Below are positions 37,575-47,728 of a DNA stretch of 64,000 nucleotides, one piece after another. The stretch is from Terriglobia bacterium. GTDB taxonomy: Bacteria; Acidobacteriota; Terriglobia; 20CM-2-55-15. The translations under genes were made by a program, and so were the position numbers. The stretch lies in contig CAXWPJ010000002.1 in the NCBI GenBank assembly GCA_963664115.2, forward strand, positions 992,001 to 1,056,000, written 5' to 3'. The first letter of the stretch is position 1; each line of letters begins with the position of its first letter. The notes beneath the pieces are model-generated. The model did no database searches. It was not told where the DNA came from and saw only the letters and a list, made by a program, of their open reading frames with translations.

Positions 37575-39110
37575 ATGCACCTCCCGCTCGAAGCTATGCC
37601 GTCCGTATCTGCGCTGTTTCTGGACTACATTCAGGGTTCGGATCGCGCCCGTCAGTTCTTCTCCTACGATCACTCGTTGGACGCTGTCGCGGCTTTCGCA
37701 CGCGAGTCTGCACCCACTATTGATGCCACCCGTCGGGACAGCCTGACTGCGGCTCTGGAAGCGGGGCACAGAAGGTGGGGCCTGGACATAGACTCGATCG
37801 AGCGGCTGCGATCGGGTGCCGTAGCCGTCGTTACTGGCCAGCAGGCCGGACTCTTCACCGGCCCCATGTACTCGATCCTGAAAGCCCTGACTGCCGTCAA
37901 GCTTGCCAGGGCGCTGGTCGAACGGGGTGTTGAGGCTGTACCTGTATTTTGGATCGCGGCAGAAGATCACGATCACGAAGAGATCGAATGGGCCGGAATT
38001 CTAAGCGAGGACTCGACGCTCGGGAGGGTCACGACCCAATTGGGTGATGGCGCCCCGACACCGGTCGGATGGCTCCGCTTTGGTTCCTCCATCCAGGAAG
38101 CGATCGACGAGTGTTTCAGCTTCCTCCCGCCTTCGGAGCATCAGGACGAGGTGCGGACGCTTGTCGAAGACGCGTATTGTCCGGACGCGTCTCCGGTTGA
38201 TGCCTACGCCCGGATGATGGCCCGCCTGTTCAAGGATTCCGGGTTGATACTGGTGGATCCACTCGATTCGGGTTTGCGGGAGCTGGCAAAGGATGTCCTC
38301 GGGACTTTAGCGAGTCAGGTAGCTGCGGTTCGTTCGGCACTTCTGGCACGGGGCCGGAAAATTGCGGAGGCGGGTTACGCGGAGCAGGTGAGAGTCGACG
38401 AAAGCTTTACGGGGTTATTTGCCTATCGCGGCCGTGCCAGAGAGCCATTGGGGCCAGGAGACGAGATGGCTTCTCTGAGCTTGAGTCCGAACGTGCTTCT
38501 GCGGCCACTCGTACAGGATTCGCTGTTTCCGACGACCGCTTACGTGGGTGGGCCGGCTGAGATCGCCTACATGGCCCAGGCAGGATCCGTTTATGAGTGC
38601 ATAGGGAAGCCGATGCCCCCGATCTTCCCGAGGATTACGGCTACGTTGGTCGAGCCTCCGGTGGCACGCGTCATGAAGAAATATGATTTCAGCATCGCAG
38701 ACGTATTTCAGGGTATGGATAGCCTGAGAATGAGCGCGGTGTCCTCAGGTTCCGGGGCGGAGGTCTTCCGTGACGCACGTCAACGCATGTCCGATGAGAT
38801 GGCTCGTCTACGCCCGGTTCTGGAGGGCGTGGATCCCACTCTGGGTGGAGCCCTGGACAACGCCGTTCAAAAGATCATGCACCAGGTCGATACCTTGCAT
38901 GCGCGGTTTGTAAAGGGTGAGTCACGACGTGACGCAGTTCTGGAGAGACATCTGAAAACACTGACAACCCGTTTGTTTCCCGACGAGAAAGTACAGGAAC
39001 GTGTGGTGAACGTGACGACGTTTCTCGGTCGCTATGGCTTGAATCTCGTTCCGATGATGGATAGGGCTTTGGAACTCGACGGCTCGGTGCACCAGGTGGT
39101 TGAATTGTAG
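37575..39110 (+). CDS. bshC: Bacillithiol biosynthesis cysteine-adding enzyme
   Basis: VVTGQQAGLFTGP.Y...KA, VPVFWIAAEDHD, SPNVLLRPLVQD, YVGGPAEIAY, QER. Confidence 0.93.
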   Translation: MHLPLEAMPSVSALFLDYIQGSDRARQFFSYDHSLDAVAAFARESAPTIDATRRDSLTAALEAGHRRWGLDIDSIERLRSGAVAVVTGQQAGLFTGPMYSILKALTAVKLARALVERGVEAVPVFWIAAEDHDHEEIEWAGILSEDSTLGRVTTQLGDGAPTPVGWLRFGSSIQEAIDECFSFLPPSEHQDEVRTLVEDAYCPDASPVDAYARMMARLFKDSGLILVDPLDSGLRELAKDVLGTLASQVAAVRSALLARGRKIAEAGYAEQVRVDESFTGLFAYRGRAREPLGPGDEMASLSLSPNVLLRPLVQDSLFPTTAYVGGPAEIAYMAQAGSVYECIGKPMPPIFPRITATLVEPPVARVMKKYDFSIADVFQGMDSLRMSAVSSGSGAEVFRDARQRMSDEMARLRPVLEGVDPTLGGALDNAVQKIMHQVDTLHARFVKGESRRDAVLERHLKTLTTRLFPDEKVQERVVNVTTFLGRYGLNLVPMMDRALELDGSVHQVVEL

Positions 39111-39118
39111 GAGTCCGC

Positions 39119-39396
39119 GGTTAGAAGTCCGCGAAATATGATTTCGCTCGGTCGTTCGCTCAGATGACCATCTCTGTCGCGTTCCACGCGTGGTCTGAAC
39201 GACCGGCGACCCTCTCCATCATCCGTGATGGAGAGGCTTATTGGGAATTACGGAATCTTTATGCCGTGCTTAGAAATAACCCGCAGCGTTCCGACGGTGC
39301 GGGTGGACGGCCTTCAGAACGAAGAGGCGGTAGCCGAGACGTCAGAGTAAGAAAACGATCAAACCGAGCACGATAATTATTCGGCCGCCTTTAACC
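39119..39396. repeat. Structured repeated element, copy B (MITE-like or ncRNA)
   Basis: Homologous to rev-comp of 14922-15171; degenerate 34-bp TIR (about 22/34 ungapped matches) beginning GGTTA. Confidence 0.8.
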
Positions 39397-39486
39397 CCAG
39401 GAAGCGAGCTTCGTGGGGAGAAACCCGGCGCAGGATAGCGACATGAGATCATCAAGAGAGTCATTCAGCCGACCCTCAGACGCCAT

Positions 39487-40611
39487 ATGAAGATTGGTAT
39501 TACCTGCTACCCGACTTACGGCGGCAGTGGAGTCGTGGGCACGGAATTGGGCAGGGAAATGGCCGCGTTGGGCCATGAGGTCCACTTCATAAGTTATGCG
39601 CTTCCGATTCGCCTCAGGGAAAGTGACAGAATTCACTTCCACGAAGTCGAGGTCCTGTCGTATCCGCTATTCGAATATCCCCCGTATGATCTGGTCCTGG
39701 CGACAAAAATGGCGGAAGTGATGAGCAGGTCTCAGTTGGACATCCTGCACGTGCATTACGCTATTCCGCACTCTATCAGTGCTTATCTGGCGAAGAAGAT
39801 GTCCACCGACAGAGAAATTCCGTTTGTGACGACACTCCACGGTACCGACATCACCTTGGTGGGGAACGATCGATCTTATTTGCCGATCACCCGCTTCGGG
39901 ATCAACGAGAGTGATGCGGTGACGGCGGTCTCCGAATACCTGAAGGAGCGAACAGTTCGGGAGTTCGACACGAAGCGGGCGATTGAGGTCATACCGAACT
40001 TCGTCAACTGTGACGTCTTCCGGAAATCGTTCGACTCAAAGTTTCGCGCCAGGTTTGCCGCCGAAGATGAAGGATTGATGATCCATATTTCGAACTTCAG
40101 ACCGGTCAAACGGACGGCAGACGTGATCGAGTTGTTCAGCCGTTTACGACGGAAGCAGAAGGCCAAGCTCCTGATGGTCGGGGACGGTCCCGAGCGGCCG
40201 AACGCAGAGTGGCTGGCCGAAGTGCATGGAATTCCCGACGATGTGCTCTTCCTGGGCAAGAGTTCTGACATGGAGCAGTTGCTGTCGATCTCAGATGTTT
40301 TGGTGTTGCCTAGCGAACAGGAGTCGTTCGGTCTGGTTGCGCTGGAGGCCATGGCATCGGAGGTTCCCGTGATCGCGACCCGAGTAGGAGGCCTGAGCGA
40401 AGTTGTGGAGGATGGATCGGACGGGTTTCTGTTCGATGTGGGTGACATCGACTCTATGGCCGAGGCGGGGACATCGCTCCTTGGCGACAGAGAACTCCGT
40501 CAGAAAATGGGAAAATCCGGCCGCGATCATGCCCAGCGCGATTTTTGCCACGAAAAGATCGTCAAACGTTACGCGGATCTCTACGAGAAGACGATTTCCG
40601 AGGCATCCTGA
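39487..40611 (+). CDS. bshA: N-acetyl-alpha-D-glucosaminyl L-malate synthase
   Basis: MKIGITCYPTYGGSGVV, HVHYAIPH, TTLHGTDIT, HISNFRPVKR, ESFGLVALEAMA. Confidence 0.95.
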   Translation: MKIGITCYPTYGGSGVVGTELGREMAALGHEVHFISYALPIRLRESDRIHFHEVEVLSYPLFEYPPYDLVLATKMAEVMSRSQLDILHVHYAIPHSISAYLAKKMSTDREIPFVTTLHGTDITLVGNDRSYLPITRFGINESDAVTAVSEYLKERTVREFDTKRAIEVIPNFVNCDVFRKSFDSKFRARFAAEDEGLMIHISNFRPVKRTADVIELFSRLRRKQKAKLLMVGDGPERPNAEWLAEVHGIPDDVLFLGKSSDMEQLLSISDVLVLPSEQESFGLVALEAMASEVPVIATRVGGLSEVVEDGSDGFLFDVGDIDSMAEAGTSLLGDRELRQKMGKSGRDHAQRDFCHEKIVKRYADLYEKTISEAS

Positions 40612-40733
40612 AGCGTCTCTGTTCCCCTGAATAACAAAATTTTTATTAATAACTGGGAGGGATCTGGGCCGCCCTGCCCGTACGACGCAAAATTTGCGCG
40701 GTTGTCTTATTGATTTAAGTGATTGAAATTAAA

Positions 40734-40806
<73 letters not shown>

Positions 40807-40897
40807 AAAAAAATGCTCACCCAAAGGGTGAGCAAGAGTTGTAAAGAGAAAAAGGATCTACCCCTCAGAAAGGGATAGAAAGCTCCAATGCACCCAT

Positions 40898-40926
40898 AAT
40901 TTAAATAGGGGGTTGGAGCTTGTCAA
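40898..40926 (-). promoter_or_regulatory. Sigma70 promoter of tRNA-Thr
   Basis: TTGACA-17 bp-TAAATT on the minus strand. Confidence 0.7.
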
Positions 40927-40960
40927 CATAAATCATTTCTAATGACAGAAGGCGTTGCGT

Positions 40961-42103
40961 TTATTCGGGTTGTGCGGATTCGGGCGGTTCCGGATTGAGT
41001 TCTTTTCGTGTAAGCGATTGATTTAGCTTAAGTTGTATGAATTCCAGTTCGTCCGGACCACTGAAAATGAGACCCGGGTGGTGATTTATCATGTAGATAC
41101 GGAAACTGACGAATAGCACGCTGAAGACCACCGTAAAAGCCAGCGCAACTGCTATGAATTCGAAGATGGTCAGAATCATTTCGGGCAGCGTCAGAGGATC
41201 CGGAAGCGTCTCCGTCCACGTCACCTCCGATTGATAACTGAGAGCCGACATGATGGCCTCAGACAGATCGTCGCTGTCGCTATTGATGAGTATGGCAAAG
41301 AGAGGCCCGGATCTCCCATTGGGCAAATTACCGTCGAAGGTTTGAAGCCAAGCTTCAGAATGCCGCCGCGCCAGTTGTTGTGTCGGATAGAGCAACATGG
41401 CGAGTTGTCCTCGACCGCTCGGCTGTATGTAATCGGCAAGGGCGACTTCCACGCTGTTGTCAAAGCCGAGCGCGGCAGGATCGAGGCCTGTGAGGGTCTC
41501 GAAAGCAGCCGATGTCAGGATATATTTCTCAGACTCTGTGACCCGGCCTTCCGCCGGTAAGAGCAGCGACACGGGGGCCTTTCTCGATCGACCGATAATG
41601 TTGTCGGCGATTATCTTGCCCATGGCATCCATGAGCTGGGGCGCGCCTTCCAGTCGGACCACGTAACTGGATTGCCAGAGAACGAGCATATTGTTTGTGC
41701 GATAGCTCTCAGCTCCGACGACCGCCGGCTCGAAGCCCGGCCCCTGCCAATCACGCTCCAACGCGAAGAGACCATAAGAAGCCGTGGAGTCGTTCATTTC
41801 GAAGAGCGTGATTTCCACCCTCCCATCGTTCGAAGTGAGTCCCACCTGAGAAGCTCCAATCAGGCCGAAATCGAGGACGCTTGAGACATTATCCCCGACC
41901 AGGATTTCGACATCGCCGGTAGTGAACTCGATGGGTTCGGCTTCGAGGCTCCAGGCAGGATCCTCCAGTATCAAGCTGATAAGAGTTTCCCGGTTCTGGG
42001 CCGCGACGTGAACGGAGATCAAAAGAATGGCCGCAACAGTCTTTGCTAGATTTAATAGGAAACTGGAGGTCATCGTAGGTTTAACAGCCTGTGGCACGGC
42101 CAC
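40961..42103 (-). CDS. Exported membrane-anchored hypothetical protein (DUF6599-like)
   Basis: Signal peptide, EITLFEM.D...SYGLF, C-terminal TM helix. Confidence 0.65.
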   Translation of the reverse strand: MAVPQAVKPTMTSSFLLNLAKTVAAILLISVHVAAQNRETLISLILEDPAWSLEAEPIEFTTGDVEILVGDNVSSVLDFGLIGASQVGLTSNDGRVEITLFEMNDSTASYGLFALERDWQGPGFEPAVVGAESYRTNNMLVLWQSSYVVRLEGAPQLMDAMGKIIADNIIGRSRKAPVSLLLPAEGRVTESEKYILTSAAFETLTGLDPAALGFDNSVEVALADYIQPSGRGQLAMLLYPTQQLARRHSEAWLQTFDGNLPNGRSGPLFAILINSDSDDLSEAIMSALSYQSEVTWTETLPDPLTLPEMILTIFEFIAVALAFTVVFSVLFVSFRIYMINHHPGLIFSGPDELEFIQLKLNQSLTRKELNPEPPESAQPE

Positions 42104-42130
42104 CGAGGGTTGTCCTCAGGCTGTAAGAAT

Positions 42131-43804
42131 TCAGTCCCGAGCCTGGGCCGTCTCGAAGCCGCTCAGGGTGTCCGAGTACGATTTTACACCTTCAAAGAGA
42201 GCATCGGTAATTTGTTCCCGGCGTTCTGCCCCTTTGAGCAGACGTTCGTCGTCGGGATTGCTGATGAAGGAGACTTCAGCGAGGATCGAAGGCATGTTGG
42301 CGCCGATCAGCACCACAAACGGAGCCTGCTTCACGCCCCGGTCTCTCCCGAAGTCGGGCGTGGTCGCCAGTGCCCGTTGCACATGGGTAGCGAATTCTCT
42401 CGATTCATCCACCTTGTCCCGAAGCATGATCTTGCTGACAATATCCTGGAGTTCAGAAATCGACTGAGCGGAAGCCGCGTTTTCACGCGCGGCGATTTCC
42501 GAACCCTCGCGGGTGGTCGCGAAATTGAGGAAGTAGGTTTCAAATCCTCGGATAGACTGACTGTTACTAGCGTTGGCGTGTATGGATAGAAACAGGTCTG
42601 CTTCTGCCTGATTCGCCATGGCCGTTCGGGTTTCCAGCGGTACAAAGGAATCGTTTTCGCGTGTCAGGACGACTTCTGCGTCCAGCTCTGCTTCGATCCG
42701 CTCTTTGAGACGACGTGCAATATCGAGAACCAGGTCCTTTTCAGTGAGCCCACTTGGACCGATCGTTCCCGTATCGCGCCCACCATGGCCCGGATCGATA
42801 ACAACACGCGCTACCTTCAATCCCAGGCTGCGAATGAGGGAATGGTCTCCGTTTTCCGTCGGTTGCGCCAACCTTAGCGTGCGCTCCTCGCTTGCCTCGG
42901 TGAGTTCCGCCCCAGCCGCAGGTCGGGTTTCAGCCGCGACAGCGGTCGCTTCGGGCTCAGGTTCCGGCGCTGGCAGCGGCTCCTCTGCTGCGGGTTGGCC
43001 GGTGGCGCCCAGAACGTCGATGACCAGCCGATTGGGATCACGAAGCGTGAAGGTTGTCACGTTGCTCAGCTGAACCAGGTCGAGGACAACGCGGACGGTA
43101 TCCGAGTCGTACTGGCCCACGCGGATGTTCTCCAGCATGACCGATGCGACCGGCAGGGCGCGTTTCTCAAGCGATGCCCCGACCCGAGAGTTCGCCAGGT
43201 CGATGAAAACCCGCGGCGGGTCTTGAACCTCACCCCTGGTAAAGGCTGGTTCTCCAATCATATCGACGACCACCCGCACCGATTTCAGTGACTCCCAGTA
43301 ACGGATGTTTTCTATGGAAACTGTCTCCGGCGATTGAGCGGGCTCGGCCCTGTCCTCGGAGACGACTCGAGCCGCTTCGACTGTCTCTTCATTCCGGCGG
43401 TTCATGCGCTCGATGTCAGTACGGGCAGTGGGCAGAAATCGGGACGAAGGATATTCCCGGATCAGGAATCGAAGCGTCGTGATCGCATCTTTCGGATCTT
43501 GGATTTCTTCATAGAGCGCTGCGATATTGACAAGGGAGTCGTCTGCGTAGCCGGTGTGAGGTGTGATCAGGTAGACGCGCTCATAAAGCCGAATCACCCG
43601 CAAAATTTCGGCTCGGGATCGATCTGCGGCGGGTTTTTCTTTGAGAGCTATTTCCTCTTTCTGCGCCGTCTGGTAGGCCTCGACTGCCTGGGCTCGCAAA
43701 GGGGATTGCGACCAGGCAGCAGTTGCAGAGAGCAGCCCTGCCAACAGCACCGAGAAGAGCTTGGACAGTCGCACTCGCTCCGGTGGTCGGGGGTTTATAA
43801 TCAC
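42131..43804 (-). CDS. amiC: N-acetylmuramoyl-L-alanine amidase with TPR and AMIN domains
   Basis: VIDPGHGG, LSIHANA, GFETY, GVKQAPFVVL, LAEVSFISN. Confidence 0.9.
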   Translation of the reverse strand: MIINPRPPERVRLSKLFSVLLAGLLSATAAWSQSPLRAQAVEAYQTAQKEEIALKEKPAADRSRAEILRVIRLYERVYLITPHTGYADDSLVNIAALYEEIQDPKDAITTLRFLIREYPSSRFLPTARTDIERMNRRNEETVEAARVVSEDRAEPAQSPETVSIENIRYWESLKSVRVVVDMIGEPAFTRGEVQDPPRVFIDLANSRVGASLEKRALPVASVMLENIRVGQYDSDTVRVVLDLVQLSNVTTFTLRDPNRLVIDVLGATGQPAAEEPLPAPEPEPEATAVAAETRPAAGAELTEASEERTLRLAQPTENGDHSLIRSLGLKVARVVIDPGHGGRDTGTIGPSGLTEKDLVLDIARRLKERIEAELDAEVVLTRENDSFVPLETRTAMANQAEADLFLSIHANASNSQSIRGFETYFLNFATTREGSEIAARENAASAQSISELQDIVSKIMLRDKVDESREFATHVQRALATTPDFGRDRGVKQAPFVVLIGANMPSILAEVSFISNPDDERLLKGAERREQITDALFEGVKSYSDTLSGFETAQARD

Positions 43805-43813
43805 AGGCGATCG

Positions 43814-44584
43814 CTACTCGACGTTCGAGAAACGCAATACTCCGCGGTCATCGACCGTGGTTGAAATTGCCCGGCTCGCCGGCGCTTGCACTGCGGCCTG
43901 GCTGGGCGCGTTGGCGGCCGGTTCGGGAATCGCCCGAGCTGGAGGCAGAACATCGGCAACGGATTGGATCCTCCCGCTCTGGCCGCCACGACGGCTGTAG
44001 GCAGACTTTACCTTTCGGACGTAGTCCTGGGTTTCCGGTATGTTAGGTATTCGACCCAGTCGTGCCACACGGTTTTCACCTGAGTTGTATGCGGCCAGCG
44101 ACAAATCAAGGTTCCCCTGGAACATCTCCAACAGGAGTCTTAAATAGCGGACACCGCCGTCTATGTTTTGAGCCGGATCGAAGAAATCGCGGACTCCAAA
44201 TCGTGCGCCTGTTGCCGGAATCAGTTGCATCAGTCCCATCGCCCCCTTTGGGGAGACAGCGCGCCTATTGAAATTGGATTCAATTTCTATTACTGACCGA
44301 ACCAGCGTCGCATCGACTCCGTGTCTGGCCGAGATACTGTCGATAAGGGAGTCCAGTGGATTGGCAGGATTGGAGGCTGCAATCCGACCGGGTAATGTCG
44401 TTGGGTTTCGAACAGCTGTCGTGGGCTCGATGGCGGTTCGGCTGTTAATGGCTAGGTTCGTGAACACGATCTTTCCGTCGGTGCTGACAATTGCTGAAAT
44501 ACGGTTCTGTCCCCAGGCCTCCTCGGCAACGCTCAGGGCAGCAACGGTCAGACCGATCGCGAAAAGCCATCGAATGTTATGCAT
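43814..44584 (-). CDS. Lytic transglycosylase (SLT domain)
   Basis: IESNF, AVSPKGAMGLMQL, LAAYNSGE, ETQDYV; ATG 44584. Confidence 0.92.
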   Translation of the reverse strand: MHNIRWLFAIGLTVAALSVAEEAWGQNRISAIVSTDGKIVFTNLAINSRTAIEPTTAVRNPTTLPGRIAASNPANPLDSLIDSISARHGVDATLVRSVIEIESNFNRRAVSPKGAMGLMQLIPATGARFGVRDFFDPAQNIDGGVRYLRLLLEMFQGNLDLSLAAYNSGENRVARLGRIPNIPETQDYVRKVKSAYSRRGGQSGRIQSVADVLPPARAIPEPAANAPSQAAVQAPASRAISTTVDDRGVLRFSNVE

Positions 44585-44603
44585 AACCACTACAGACGGT
44601 GGT

Positions 44604-47243
44604 CTAGCCCACCAAATCTCCCACGATATTGTACACTTCTTGTAAAGCCTGATCCAGCTTTCCGGGTTCTTTGCCCCCGGCTTGGGCGAAGTCAGCTCGG
44701 CCTCCACCGCTGCCTCCGACCAGAGCGGCCACCTGCTTGATGATCGTTCCAGCGTGGAGTTGGCCTTGCAGGTCTTCCGATACTGAAGTCACCAGCGTTG
44801 CTTTTCCGTCGGAGGCCATGCCGAGGACCACGATGCCTGAACCCATTTTCCGACGCAGGTTTTCAGCCAATTCGCGCATCAGCGCCGCGTCGACCCCGTC
44901 TACCTTCTGAGACACGACACGGACGCCCGATACTGTGTTTTCAGCCTGGAGCAGATCGTCGAGCCTGGAATTGGCACCTTTGCGCTTCAGGCCTGCTAAC
45001 TCAGTTTCAGTCTGCTTTTGCTGATCGAGAATCTTCTCGATGGTTCGTGCCAGCTCGGAGCGCGGTGTCTTGAGCCGCTCCGTCAGCGCATCGAGGAGCT
45101 GTTCGTCTTCACCGAGCCGTTCATAGCTGCCCTGACCCGTGACCGCTTCGAGGCGGCGGATTCCGGAGGCGATGCTGCCCTCCGAAACGATTTTGAACAG
45201 ACCGATGTCGCCGGTCCGTGTCGTGTGCGTCCCGCCGCAGAGCTCGCTGCTAACCCCAGGCACCGAAACGACACGTACTTTTTGCTGATATTTCTCACCA
45301 AAGAAAGCAATGGCCCCCGATTCGACAGCCGCGTTGAGCTCCATGATTTCGGTCCCGACCGGGTGATTCTCAAGGATGACGCGGTTGATGTTTCCTTCGA
45401 TGTCCTCGATCTCAGCTCTACCGAGCGCGGCGTAGTGCGTGTAATCGAATCGCAGGCGGTTCGGGGCCACCAATGAGCCTGCTTGCTTGACATGCACGCC
45501 CAGGGCACTCCGTAGTGCGGCATGGAGCAGGTGGGTTCCGGTGTGGTTGGCTGCGATTCGTTTCCTCCGCGGGGCATCGACCCGGGCTTCAACCTCTTCA
45601 CCCACCGAGAGTTTTCCGACTTCAACCTCCACGCGGTGGACTGTGAGCCCGTGCGCGGGTGAAATGGTGTCGACCACCCGGACGGCCCCATTCGGAGAAG
45701 TCAAACCCCCGATGTCGCCGACCTGCCCCCCGGATTCGGCGTAGAAGGGGGTTTCCGACAGAATGACCTCCGCCTCCCCGCCCTTGCCTTCCACCGTCTG
45801 GATGGACTCGTTGCCACGGACAATCCCCAACACACGGGCCCGGCCTTCGGTCGTGTCATATCCGAGAAATGTGGTCCCGCCCTCTGTGAGGAACTTTTCG
45901 TAAGCCGCCGACGTCCTTTGACTGCCTTTCCAGCTCTCTTTCGCCCGTTTTTTCTGCTTTTCCAACGCCGCGTTGAAACCGTCGGCATCGAGACCCAGGG
46001 CCTTTTCTTCCGATATCTCTCGAATGAAATCCAGCGGCAGCCCGAAGGTGTCGTACAGCCTGAACACCTCCTGGCCGGCGATGACATCGCTTCCTGCGGC
46101 AAGCGTCTTTTCCGCTATTTCCTCCAGCTTGCCCACAGCCACGGATACTGTGGCTGAAAAACGCCGTTCCTCACTTTCGACAACCCGGGACACGTATTCA
46201 CGGCTGTTGACCAGATCGGGATAGGCGTCCTGCATCAGCTCCACGACATGTCCGGTCATGGTGTGGAGAAACGGTTCTTTGTGACCGAGGATGGTGCCTT
46301 GTCGAATCCCGCGGCGCATGATCTTCCGCAGTACGTATCCTCGACCCTCGTTGGACGGAATGATGCCGTCACTGATAAGAAATGTTGCGGACCGAACGTG
46401 GTCGGCAATGATTCTCAGTGACACATCGTTCGAGGGTGACTCCCCGTATCGCACACCGAACAGTTCGCCCCCACGATCGATCAGCGAGCGCAACAAGTCT
46501 GTGTCGAAAACGCTGATCTTGTCCTGCAAGACCGAAGCCATGCGCTCCAGTCCCATGCCCGTATCGATGGATGGTCGTGGGAGCGGGTTCAAATCACCGC
46601 TCTGGTTCCGGTCGAACTGCATGAAGACCAGATTCCAAATCTCGACGTATCGTCCGCACTCGCAGGGGAATTCGCAGTCGGTGTGGTTTCGTTCGCTCCC
46701 CCCGGCCCCGAAGTCGTAGTAGAGTTCTGAACAGGGGCCGCATGGTCCGGTCTCGCCCATCTGCCAGAAGTTGTCCTTTTCGTCCATCCGAACGATGCGT
46801 TCTGAGGCCACTCCGACGTGATCGTTCCACAAATTCGCAGCTTCGTCGTCCTCCCGGAACACAGTGACCCACAGTTTTTCGGGGGGCAAAGCGAATTCCT
46901 GGGTCAGGAGTTCCCACGCGAATTCCACCGCTTCTTTCTTGAAGTAGTCTCCAAACGAGAAGTTGCCCAGCATCTCAAAGAACGTGAGGTGTCGGCTCGT
47001 GTGCCCGACGTTGTCCAGATCGTTGTGTTTGCCACCGGCGCGGACGCATTTCTGAGCGCTGACCCCACGGGAGTAATCCCTGGTGTCCAACCCCAGGAAA
47101 ACGTCCTTGAACTGGTTCATGCCTGCGTTCACGAAAAGGAGTGTGGGATCCTCGGCGGGTATCAGCGACGAACTGGATACGCGTGTGTGACCGCGGTTCT
47201 CAAAAAACGTCAGAAACTTTTGCCGGACTTCGACGCTGTTCAT
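44604..47243 (-). CDS. alaS: Alanine-tRNA ligase
   Basis: NAGMNQFK, FFEMLGNFSFGDYFK, HTGTHLL, ELCGGTH, GGSGGGR. Confidence 0.98.
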   Translation of the reverse strand: MNSVEVRQKFLTFFENRGHTRVSSSSLIPAEDPTLLFVNAGMNQFKDVFLGLDTRDYSRGVSAQKCVRAGGKHNDLDNVGHTSRHLTFFEMLGNFSFGDYFKKEAVEFAWELLTQEFALPPEKLWVTVFREDDEAANLWNDHVGVASERIVRMDEKDNFWQMGETGPCGPCSELYYDFGAGGSERNHTDCEFPCECGRYVEIWNLVFMQFDRNQSGDLNPLPRPSIDTGMGLERMASVLQDKISVFDTDLLRSLIDRGGELFGVRYGESPSNDVSLRIIADHVRSATFLISDGIIPSNEGRGYVLRKIMRRGIRQGTILGHKEPFLHTMTGHVVELMQDAYPDLVNSREYVSRVVESEERRFSATVSVAVGKLEEIAEKTLAAGSDVIAGQEVFRLYDTFGLPLDFIREISEEKALGLDADGFNAALEKQKKRAKESWKGSQRTSAAYEKFLTEGGTTFLGYDTTEGRARVLGIVRGNESIQTVEGKGGEAEVILSETPFYAESGGQVGDIGGLTSPNGAVRVVDTISPAHGLTVHRVEVEVGKLSVGEEVEARVDAPRRKRIAANHTGTHLLHAALRSALGVHVKQAGSLVAPNRLRFDYTHYAALGRAEIEDIEGNINRVILENHPVGTEIMELNAAVESGAIAFFGEKYQQKVRVVSVPGVSSELCGGTHTTRTGDIGLFKIVSEGSIASGIRRLEAVTGQGSYERLGEDEQLLDALTERLKTPRSELARTIEKILDQQKQTETELAGLKRKGANSRLDDLLQAENTVSGVRVVSQKVDGVDAALMRELAENLRRKMGSGIVVLGMASDGKATLVTSVSEDLQGQLHAGTIIKQVAALVGGSGGGRADFAQAGGKEPGKLDQALQEVYNIVGDLVG

Positions 47244-47665
47244 AGAAACTCTTCCATCTCACGGAGAATCTCCTCCGCATCATATCCAAGACGTTCCATG
47301 GACCTCGAAAGACGAGCCGCATCCTTCTTTCGAAGGGGGGAGTCGAGCTTCGAACTCTTCATTTTAGCCCTCAGGATTTCCCGGGCTGTAGGCCAATTCT
47401 CACTTTCTATAACTTCCCGAATAACGTCTGCAGGAACGCCGTGGCGCTCGAGGTCGGCTTCGAGCTGTAGTCGGCCCCGGCGTGTACGACTCCTTACGAA
47501 GTTTTCAGCGAAGCGGCGGTCATCGAGGAAACCCTCCAACCTTAAGCGTTCGATCACTTCTTCGGGAACGGTTTCGAACCGTTGTTCCAGCTTAAGGCAT
47601 AGTCGGTGAGTGCTGTAGTCACGGCCTGCCAGCAGTTTCAGGGCGTGGCCGTATATTTCCTTCAT
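47240..47665 (-). CDS. recX: Regulatory protein RecX
   Basis: ALKLLA.RDYS, GFLDDRRFAE.FV, RG...L..HGV; adjacent to alaS. Confidence 0.82.
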   Translation of the reverse strand: MKEIYGHALKLLAGRDYSTHRLCLKLEQRFETVPEEVIERLRLEGFLDDRRFAENFVRSRTRRGRLQLEADLERHGVPADVIREVIESENWPTAREILRAKMKSSKLDSPLRKKDAARLSRSMERLGYDAEEILREMEEFL

Positions 47666-47728
47666 GAAACTGAGATGGGTGACCCGGGTTAAGGATGTCT
47701 GAACCCGTGTCACTGCCGTTCGAGCAGG

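Noticed and set aside
47240-47713. recX without adjacent recA
   Set aside because: A common gene-order variant and not informative alone
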